Shown: piece by piece, positions 53,261 to 64,000 of the stretch
Numbering within the stretch: position 1 is the stretch's first letter
How the letters are laid out: every line of letters starts with the position of its first letter
Assembly: GCF_001194135.2 (NCBI RefSeq)
Contig: NC_068998.1
Location: 51,748,981 to 51,812,980 of the forward strand
DNA: 64,000 bases
Direction: 5' to 3'
Source: Octopus bimaculoides
Lineage: Eukaryota
The notes under the pieces: model-generated
What the model was told of the DNA's origin: nothing
Seen by the model: the letters and a program-made list of their open reading frames with translations, nothing else
Databases searched by the model: none
Translations under genes and position numbers: made by a program

Positions 53261-56200
53261 ACAAGTTGAGCTTGGCATTATTTGAACTTAGAACAAAAAG
53301 AGCTGGAAGAAATGCTGCTAAGCTAAAAGCCTTCCTTCTGGTTAATTTAGATTCCAAACCAGTTTTATAACAACAAAATTCTTTATTGTTTTCAAAATTT
53401 ATTGACACAAAGGGAATGTAATTCAGACGGAATTTGGTCACAAAAGTATTAAACCTCTCCTGTCTTCGCTTACAAAATTGCTAGCATTCTCATTGATTAT
53501 TTCCTTTGTTTGTCTGGTTACAGTCCAATGCATGTTGCACTACAGTCTTTACCTCCCAGTAGTCATCATTATTTTCTCTTCTTTTTTTCTTCTCTTTCTT
53601 TACTCTCAATCTGTTTATGTTGTAACTCTTCAAAGAGAGATACTACCCAAAACATTAGAACTCTCCTCTTCCTTTGTGACCAACCAATATATTCTAGTTT
53701 TAGAGTGTTTATACTTATCAACTGCCAACGTAAACCATCACTAGTTTCATCAGCCCCTCCTGCTTGCTTGATTTAAAGTGGTTAGGAGATGAAAAAACAG
53801 TTATTTTCTATTTATTCATTTGTAACAGATGTCCAAAATCAGGTTTATTGTTATGGGTTAACAGCAGCTAAGTGAAGACATATGCACATGTGGTAAAGTA
53901 GTTTATCCATGTAGTAATTACTGTAAGGAAGTAACACTTGAGATTTTACAAGTAGAATGAACAGGAGGATTCAAAGACACTGAAATAATGCTAGATTTAA
54001 AATAAACCTGTGATACTGATATGATTGAATATTTATGTCCTCTCTCTTTTCCATCTGAATATCATTTTTCAATTTTTGAAATACTAATATTATTTCGTCA
54101 TCTTTTTATACAACAGTCTTTAATAATATTAGAGAAAAGTTTTGGTTAAAGGCATCTTGGAGAAATTTGAGATTATTGACAATGTTAAATTACAGTCTGT
54201 GTTTATTTTAATTCTTACCTGAAGCTACAGAATGGAGGTCATACAACAGAAAAAGAAAAATTTCTGTAGATTAATAATTTGATAATAAGAAGAGGACTAT
54301 CTTCATATCAGTTGTTGTAAAGATACATCTCAGGATATTTTATTTATTTATTATTTTGTGTTTAATCTAAAAAAGGTTGGTGGTAACTTAGAAGTGTAAT
54401 ATTTTAAGATATTAGCTATGGGTGATGTTGCTCTTTAACCCCAAGTAAGCTCTCAAACAAGTAGAGCTTTGATTAAAGATGTTTCAGCCAGAAACTTTTT
54501 TTTTTTTCAAATATAATCTGTTTAGGTATGCATCTATTACATCTGTATCATGTATCTTTATTTACTTAAGACGGTAGAATGTGGCTTCAGGAAAATTAAG
54601 CTGCTATTTCTAGGCCCAAGTGACCACATGTTAACTCTGGTGATGTTATATTTACAAACCACTTTTCTTGTGAATATAATGATTCCTATTGTACTACATA
54701 TGCATCCATTTTTGTATTTCCTCACTTCTTGCTAACAAGGAATTATATTTATCTCATTTAGACCTATCGAATTAAATAATTTTGTTTTGTTTCATTTCAC
54801 TTCAACATCTAATGTTCCATGTTTGTCTGGGTTACACAGAATTTGTTAAGGCAGATTTTTTATAGTCAGATGCTTTTCCAGTTGCCAACACTCACTTGTT
54901 TCCAAGCAAGTAATTTTTCACTATGACTGGCTGTTTTTCATGAAAGACTGGAAAGAAAGGGCACCACTTGTATAACTACCGCATGATGTCAAAGCAAGGC
55001 GACACATATATGTACACACACACACACACATATGCACATACATATTTGACAGGTTACATGTTAGACTTCAAATACAGATACCGAAAGTATCTGTATTCCA
55101 AATCCACTTTAAAGGCTTTGGTCAACCTAGGGCCATGGTATGAGGCACTTGTCCAAGGTACCAAATTGAGGAGGTTGAACTCAAAAGCATGTGGTTGGGA
55201 AGCAAACTTTTTAAACACATGGCCATGCTTGAACCTTTAGTCATCTCATTGTTAAGCATAAAACAACTCCGATAAAAATATATCCAAACGTGAGAGATAA
55301 GTTTTTTTTATTTATTTATCTTTTAATAAGATTATACTTTTTCAGACAGTAAGCTCCATCTTTAGTGAAGGAAATGCTTTCAATATTTACATCTCGATTT
55401 CAATTGGTTTGATCTTCCATCCAAACCAGCTGTTTTATTCTTGGATGTGTTCACAGTTCAATTCCAGTATGACACTATATACACAGGCATGAATAAGACA
55501 CTTAACTTATGACAGTTGGAAATCAAATTGATTGATGTATAAGAATGAGGTGAACACTAATAAAACAAAAAAAAACAATACTTCATCCTTCAAGACAAGG
55601 CAGTGAAAATTTATAATCTCAAAACCAATATCCACATAAGTATTTCACACTGTCTGAGAATTTATTCAAACTTTGTGTCATAATACTTATCAGTAAAGTA
55701 TATTCAATTATCAATTAAGTTTTCTTTCTTGGCACGCACATTTTCAAATTCTAAACTGCTGCAGCATGGTCAGAGACCATGCTACAGCTTGTGTTTTCAT
55801 CTGTAGCCTAATGAGTGACATTAATAAATAAATGAAAACTATGCTAGAGTCCACTGTGCTTGTGTGTTTTCAATGCTTGGTGTATATTATTGTGTAAAAC
55901 AATGTCATGCTACGTCCCTTTGCACCAAAAGGTAAAATCTTAACCATCCAATAAAGTGATTGGTAACTTTAAGTACCAGACTAAGTTACGTATGGGATCC
56001 AGTATGATCCATAAACACTCTTGTAAATAGTGCCCCAGTGTAGTTGCAACCTAGTGAAAGAATAATACTTGCTTTTTTTTTTGTTGTTGTTGTCATTAGA
56101 AATTATATCGGATAACATATTCAAAAGAGAAATATTGACATGCTTCAGTTATTATATTCCGGTTATGTTTGAAGCAATGCAACAAACTGTACAACATTCT

Positions 56201-57006
56201 CTTTTAATTTAACTTGTAAGATCCTAAAATGAAATGCAGCATATATAAGAATAACTGAATGATCACATCACAAATGGGAGCCATAAGAATGATCAGGCAA
56301 GTAAGAATAGTTGTGTGTTATTACTATGGTAGAATATTTAATAAGCAATGATATCATATGGTCATTAAGCTCAGTATTAAATCATTTTGAAATGCTTGGT
56401 AATAAGCTGTTTTGATTTTTATTGTCTGTAAACAAATTGATATAAATTTTCTTTTATTTATTGATTTACTTGTTTTGACTGAATTAAATAAATGACAGTC
56501 GCAAAATAAATTGGCAGTTGGCTTATAGTTGTAGAAGTTAAAGTAGATAACAGCTTGTTTATCACATACCCACCACATGTATATATGTAAGATTGTTAGG
56601 AATAAATTTGAACTCTACATTGTTTTAATTACTTATTCTTTTTGTTTAAGCACACACACACACACATGTATACAGTTTGTGTTTAATATGTTATAAAATT
56701 ATAAAAGTTCTTAATTATAGCCTTTTGTTGAAAGTCTTTCTTTGTAGACAGGCATACAAATGACAACACAGTAGTTTCAATATGGACATTATGCAGTGTC
56801 TTGAGTGAAATTGTTTGATGGAAACTATGCTGAACCCTGTCATATGTATGTGTGCATATGCTTTGTATTTGTACATGTGATGTACATATATCTGTACATG
56901 TCAACATTGCAGTTCACTTTGTGTCAGCATTTACTGTAATCTAATAATACTGAAATCATTTTGGTAGGATCAGTGAGCTTATCTTCTTTGGGTGGTGTAT
57001 GTGTAC

Positions 57007-57053
<47 letters not shown>

Positions 57054-57209
57054 ACATTTTCTAATATTACTCATTACACTTCTTAATAGCATAGATATTA
57101 AATTTCCTTATACCTTAGCAAAGCCAAGAACAAAAGCTGAATGAGGCACTTCAGCCCCTCTTAGTCCAAAGTGAATCACTTTACTGTTTGATTAGTAATA
57201 ATAATAATA

Positions 57210-57715
57210 ATCATCATTTAATGTCTGTTTTCCCTGCTGGCATTGGGTGGATGGTTTGACAGGAACTTGCAAGGCCGGGGTCAACTCAGGTTTCCATAGT
57301 CTGTTTTGGATTGGTTTCTACAGCTGTACACCCTTCGTAACACCAACCACTTTACAGAGTGTACTGGGTGCTTCTAACTTAACACCAGTACCAATGCTTT
57401 TTTTACATGGTACCTTGGTTTTAGCACATCAATTTTGTTGTAGTGGCCAGGTCTTCTTGAGCACAGAAATACAATACATCTGTCAGTCCTTCATAAGACT
57501 CAGCATTTTGATATCAGCCTTCAACATTTTGTCCCATGTTTTCCTTGGTTTCCCTCTACTTTGAGTGATTGGCACTTCTTTTTGCACCTGACCTCATCCA
57601 TCCATATCACATGACCATACCAGTACACACTGCATTTAATTCCTCTTATACCTAACTTTTCTCTCAATAAACTAGCACTCTGTTGCACATGTACACTGAC
57701 ATTGCACATTCAGCA
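57210..57715 (-). mobile_element. RTE-clade LINE 3' end (C-terminal coding remnant plus 3' UTR)
   Basis: LREKLGIRGIKCSVYWYGHVIWMDEVRCKKKCQSLKVEG followed by the RTE tail family. Confidence 0.75.
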
Positions 57716-59025
57716 GAGTGTAACTGTTGACATTCAGACAAAAGAAGACACATTTATGTCTCCTAAGCCACTAGCATTAAAGTTGGCATTAATTTTCACA
57801 ATTAAATCACTTGATTAATGTTTCTATTTTTATTTTCTTGCTTTGTTTTGTTTTTGGTTTTTTTTTTTGCTATCATTTAATAAGATCTTGCTTATAAAAC
57901 TGAATTTTTAATCATCATTTCTCGACAGTTTGTCTATTCTTACTTTGTAATCATTTATTAGGTCCAGTTTAATGATGTTGATTTCTATGAAACTTGATTT
58001 AACTGTATTAGTTATATTGACTTCTCTCCCTCTATCTCTCCCCCCCCCCCGTTGCCACTCTCGTTCAAATGAAAACTTAATCATTGTCACTATTTTCAAT
58101 AATATAATGTTTGTAATGAAAGGTTTTCACACAATTTGTATAATATCTGTTATTTCAATGAAAATGGAAAACCTTACAATTGTTGAATTGTGTATAATGA
58201 TAATAATAATAATAACAATATAGAAAATTAGAATTATACAATTTATAGAAATCAATCAATCATTGTTTCATTCTTATGTAATTAAAATTTGGTTCCTGGT
58301 AGATTTTGCTTCTATTAATTAGGAATATTTAATGATAATCATAATTTTGATCATATTCTTCAAGCATTGCCTCATCATCATTATTTTATTCATTGCTAGT
58401 TTAATATGAATCTTCTAGTATTTGTGTAATAAAATTTCAACTTCTCTTATTTGAAAATATTTCATTAACATGGATAACTATAACTTCTTGAATAGATTTC
58501 ATGTGTTTTGTTACTAGTTTTGTAGATTTTCATTAATAATTGTGACAGGAAATTTGATCATGAGACAAAAATCATCATCCAATAACATCCATTTTCCATG
58601 CATTGGATGGTTTGACAAGAGCTGGTTATCCAGAGACGTACACCAGGCTCTTGTCTGTTTTGGCATGGTGTCTATGGCAAGATGAACTTCCTAGCACCAA
58701 CCACTTTACAGAGCGTACTGGGTGCATTTTATGTGACACCAGCACCAGTGTTTTATACATGGTATTTGCTTGGATGCTTTTTATGTGATATTTGGTTATG
58801 TTGTGTTTACATCCTACCCACATCTTCTTCTTTACTTTTCATCATTCCAAGATAAAAAAATGAATACTATGGTTAATGTGATTCTCTAAAGCCTAGAATT
58901 TGTTACTCTTACTTGGCCACATAATAAGAGGGATAAAAGTATGAATATCTGTTGCTTTTATAGCAATAATATTTTTGTTGTGTTAAAATGTTTTTAGTAC
59001 CCTGCTTAAGATATTGACACATAAT

Positions 59026-59251
59026 TTAACCCTCTAGCATGAAAATTGGTCAAATTAGGTGCAAATATTCTACCCTTTTTATGTTCAAACTGGCCAGACT
59101 AGCCTTTCACACCTACCAGACAATGCCTTTCTAAATAAAAAAAAAATCACAATATTGAAATCTTGAAGATATGAAATAATACATGAATAATTCAAAACAG
59201 TGTGAATAAACATTGAAATTGACAGAGTTAATATGAATGCTAAAGGGTTAA
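59026..59251. mobile_element. piggyBac-like MITE
   Basis: ttaaccctctagcat ... atgctaaagggttaa: 15 bp inverted ends with one mismatch, TTAA at both ends. Confidence 0.7.
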
Positions 59252-59569
59252 AGTTTACTTTGGAGCACTTAAGGCATTAAATACACAGTTCAAGATATTC
59301 TTTAACTCACAATTTAAAGAAATAATTATTTAGTGTGAGTAAAAGATATAAAATATTAAAAATACACATTAGAAAATAGACATATTCTGCTGTGATGTAT
59401 GTAATGGAAACCAAATGATGAGAATGCAGTAATTTAGAACATTAACCTGCTAATGCTCTGGTTGCTTTGGGTACATTCAAAAAATAAATATCTATAAAGG
59501 ATGTGTTTTTCTTGAAAAAGAGTAGCTACCTTGTCACAGGTTACACTCTTGCTAATTTCTGAACATACA

Positions 59570-59616
<47 letters not shown>

Positions 59617-62523
59617 AAAATAGAAGAAATGGCCTTGGAATTCCAGTGAGTTAAAAAAAAAAAAAAGAAATCCTGCAAGCTGAAGTAGTTTGTACTAAGA
59701 TATGTTTTGGAGATGGGTCATATATTGGTATTCTTAGAAAAGTTGATTGAAAGTGTAATGTCAGACTTGGCAATGGCATCATTTTATATTTCCGTTGGAA
59801 GAATTCTCTGGCATGGTAGAGCATGACAAGGAAATATACCAACTATGATGATAATGTTAGGAATTTTCATATTAATCAAAAGAACAAGACTTTATCAGAA
59901 TTGATACGGAGAATTACTGATCAGTTTTCAACAGTTATTGTCATCTAAATTGGGAAACAGAAAAGGTTAGGAAAATGCACTTAGTCTACTCCTAGCAAAT
60001 TGTTCTTTGGTTATCTCTGGTGTTATTCTGGTTACATGTATTTCCAAGGAAAACACTTATGTATATATTCATGTGACTGAATTACATTGTTATTTAAATG
60101 TAGAAATTGACAATTATGCCAACAGATCTATCAGCAAATCTTTTGAATATGTTACTTACTTGCTCTATTAACAATCTCCAGCTTTTCTTAAATTGATATT
60201 ACGCAGGATTATTTGTTATCAAAAGCTTCCAAGTCAGCTTTGATTGAACATACATTATCAAAAGCATTCTAGCTGTCATCAAGTGTCTTTCTTTTAGAAT
60301 TATCACAATGTATTCGAGAATGCATTGTCCAAGGTACCCCAGGATCTTTTTAGATGGTGGGCTGTGGCATGAAGACAATTTGGTTACTCTTGTTAGTCAG
60401 CCTTGCTATCACATGTACAAACTTTCATTGATTTACCAGTAGTATACTTAGACAGTATTGGAAATTTATTGGATAATTATTGATTAGAAATGGAAATGCA
60501 TTGAAATACTGTGAAGAAAAAATGAGTGGATAAATATATCTTAATCTATATACTGTTTGGCAACTTACTAGTGCTGGTGCCATGGAAAAAGCACTTAGTA
60601 CACTCTGTAAAGTGGTTGGTGTTAGGAAATGCATCTGGCTATAGAAACTATTCAAAAGCAGACTTCAGAAAATTATACAATCATTGGACTCATCAGATCC
60701 TGTCAAGCCGTCCAACCCATGCCAGCATGGAAAATGGACATTAAAAGGTTATTGTTAACTTTTGTGTTTCTTTAGCATTATCACTTACTGGTCTCTTTCA
60801 AATTGTTTCCGTTTTGTTTTTTCACTATTAACTACAGTATATATAGAGTCCTAAAGTAATTTAATAACTTTATAAGCTTTATGTCAGAGTACTATAATGA
60901 TTAGTAAAGTTGGTGCCAGGACATGCATCCAGTCATAGAGAACCATGCCATAAATGTGGCATTGAACCATGCCATAAATTGGGTGCTGAAGCAAGATATG
61001 GTCCTCTGATCCATTAAATCTTGTTGAACCCATACCAGCATGGAATTCGGGTATATAATAAAATGATGGCGATAGTATTTGAAGTATATCAAAATAGGCA
61101 GGTTTCATACTTCCATATCTTTCCTTATGTAACATCAATACCTCACTGGACAATAGTAATGTCCAAACCAGTGCAATTATCTCTCCATCACATAACAGAA
61201 AATGTTTTTACTGCCCAGCTAGTTTAATTAATCTGTCTTCTACCTTTCTTTGATGCACATCCATCTGATCATACTCAATAAATTTATTGTGCTGCAGATG
61301 CTACTAAACACCAACTGCATTTGTTGCAAGTCTTTCAATACAAGATAACAGGACAATTAATACACATGCATCAGATAATATACTTTTTGTATGTGTATTC
61401 CAACATTGGTTTCATTTCTCTAAACTTACTCCACTTACTTTGAATTCTAGCTAGCTGTAGTTTCTCCTCTATGGCTATGTCAGTTTATCTAATATTGATT
61501 TCTGGCATAGGCACTAGGCCTAATTTTTAATATAATATTTCACCTGAAAGGATGAAAGACATCTTCTCTAACATTACTCATAAATCATCAAAAAAAAATT
61601 GCTGTTCTTCATCCTGTGGCTGTTCATAATCTTAACTGTACCAATGAATATAATGCCATGTTTAGTTATTTACGATATCTGTTTACCTTTCCTGCATTCC
61701 TTATATTCACAGACTTATTAATATAGTTCTGTCTCACCGTTTCCTGCATATCAGGCAATGCTCTTTTTCGTAGTGGCCCCTTGCTAAGTTGTGTCTAGAA
61801 TTTAGTGATGTTCTATTTTCATTCTTGTTTTCTTTTTTCTATTAAAATTAAAACTAGTTTTATAATTTTTTGACATTTTCTCTGTTCTGGAATATAAAGA
61901 CAAAAATTAAGAAAAAATATTTTATCTTTCTTCCATGCTTTAGTATTTTCACCATTAAATCCATCATCGTTTTAACATCGACTTTTCCATGCTTGCTTGG
62001 ATCAAAACGCCATTAGTAAGAAATGTAAAAGCATAAATAGAGCTTTTTATTATTATTATTATCATTTTTTTGTTTCATGGGTGAATTAAGAATACATCTT
62101 ATAACATGACAGAAGAGTTACTTGCGCTTTCCAAAGTGGAATGTTTCATAACTTACCTTTTCTTCTTGGCTCTAATAATTCTTATATGTCAGCAGCCATA
62201 TAAAAGATGGCAAATCACATTACTTACTCTTCATTCATCATAATTTACCATCTAACTTTTTATTGGTTGTTAGACATTCTTATAAATAATAATAAAAGAG
62301 CATTCATCATTTTCATTGTTGCATGATCTTTTCAGTTGATGGATCCTAAATAAGAAAATTCAATTATCTCTCCATAGAACTTACTGTAGACAAATTCCTG
62401 TTTGATTGAGATATGATTGCTCTAATATATATACCAGTATACTATATAAAAGCAAGAAATGCAATTTGTAAGGAAATTCTTGCATTTATTTTCCTGTAGC
62501 AGTATAATTGAATTAAAGTAGGT

Positions 62524-62572
62524 GCTGGCTGGCTGGCTGGCTAGCTGTCTGTCTGGCTGGCTGGCTGGCTGG
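62524..62572. repeat. (GGCT)n tetranucleotide repeat
   Basis: Direct inspection. Confidence 0.9.
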
Positions 62573-63134
62573 TAGATTTGTTGGTTTATGAGCTTATGAT
62601 ATTAATGCTTAGCAGATGGTTTGGAATTCTGGGTATTCTGCTAAAGATTTTCTAACACATCCTTGACCGTAACCTTTAATAAGGACTTGCAAATAATTTT
62701 TATTAAAAACTGAAGCCTGCAATCTTTTACTTGTCATCATCATTGTTTTACATTTATTTTTCTGTGTTAGTTCCTATAGGTTGAACCTGTTGTCCAAGCA
62801 TCTAATTAGCTTTATGCAATTACAAATCATCTGGCACACACACATCACAAGGAGAATGATCCAGTTTTGTTATTGCGTGTGTCATTTTTGACCAGCGTGT
62901 TTTCTTCTTTATTTTTATAGCTAGTGCCCTTTCTAGATCCTGCCATTTTACAGCATAGATTGGGTGCCTTTATTGTGCCACTGGCACTGAAACTTGATAG
63001 AATCTCAAAACGTATCTCATACATTTATCACTAAAACTTATGGTAAATATAACTTAAAATTTATCCTGAGCAGCTGCAAAAATAACCGAGTAGAAAATCA
63101 ACAATGTTTATCTTCTAATATTGGTTTAAAATTT

Positions 63135-63325
63135 TGGCACAAGGCCAGCAAATTTGGGAGAGAGGTAAGTTGATTACACTGACCCCAGTGTTTTTTAACT
63201 AGTATTTATTTTATAGACCCTGGGAGGATGAAAGGCAAAGTCAACCTCAAGGAATTTGAACTCAGAGCATAAAGACAGATGAAATGCTGCTAAGCATTTA
63301 GCCCAGCAGAGGAGTCTGCCAGTTC
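63135..63325 (-). mobile_element. SINE-like family A copy
   Basis: Reverse complement matches 232-445. Confidence 0.8.
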
Positions 63326-64000
63326 AATGCCTTAAACTTGTTTAATGTTGATACTTAATTGGAATTAGAGTGAAAAAATTAGCAGCTAAGAATAGTGGAG
63401 GAGGTCAGGAATGTAACAAGCAGAACCAAGTGTTAGTTGAAGGACAATGGCCAAAGTGGATATAAACAACAATATTTAATGAAGCAACCCTTGCCAGGCA
63501 CCACCTTTGGTTCTTTGATGCAAACTTCCTGCTTTACAGTGATCTAGATTTAAAAATTATCAAAATTTCACGTTAATTTATGTTCTAAACAACATCCTGA
63601 TAATGACAAAGTTAGTTGAAACACAAACAAAATTAATTGACACAAAAGCAGTGTAATTCATTAGAAATATATTAATGAAAGAGTTACAGAACTACTTGTC
63701 TTAAAGAATCCATTTGAAAGCTAACTGAAATCATTGACTGTTTCCTTTGGTGTCACATCACGATAAACTAATAAGACTGTTTAGCAGAATTCTTCTTTGT
63801 ATATTTTAGTGTAACAAGGGATTTTCAATTTTGTAAAATAGCTATATCACAAGGTGGAAACAAGATTTGGGTTCTAGGAAAAGTTGACTTAATGCTTGCT
63901 TTGAAAGTTTTCTGTGTTATCGCTTAATTCTTTGTCAATCTGATCAAGTAGGCCAATGCTCAAAGTTAGTCCAGCCATGACCATATTATTCTTTTAGTTG

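Overview
AT-rich, repeat-dense animal genomic DNA with two assembly gaps. The short interspersed repeat families match those I recognise from coleoid cephalopods, most likely Octopus (inference, not a database result). Much of the window is tRNA-headed SINEs, RTE and CR1/L2 LINE remnants, a rearranged mariner fossil, TTAA-flanked piggyBac-like MITEs and microsatellites. No gene can be named. The best coding signal is a minus-strand terminal-exon-like ORF at 1597-1993, and a few short minus-strand exon candidates further upstream suggest the window may be mostly intron of a large minus-strand gene. The most striking structure is a 670 bp Penelope-like pseudo-LTR arrangement at 33695-34366. It carries two minimal type I hammerhead ribozyme motifs (CTGATGA...GAAAC-ATGTC with palindromic stem III) on opposite strands inside a ~220 bp inverted repeat. 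A second, more decayed hammerhead-like inverted repeat lies at 49971-50247. Most ORFs in the supplied track are microsatellite or repeat artefacts.
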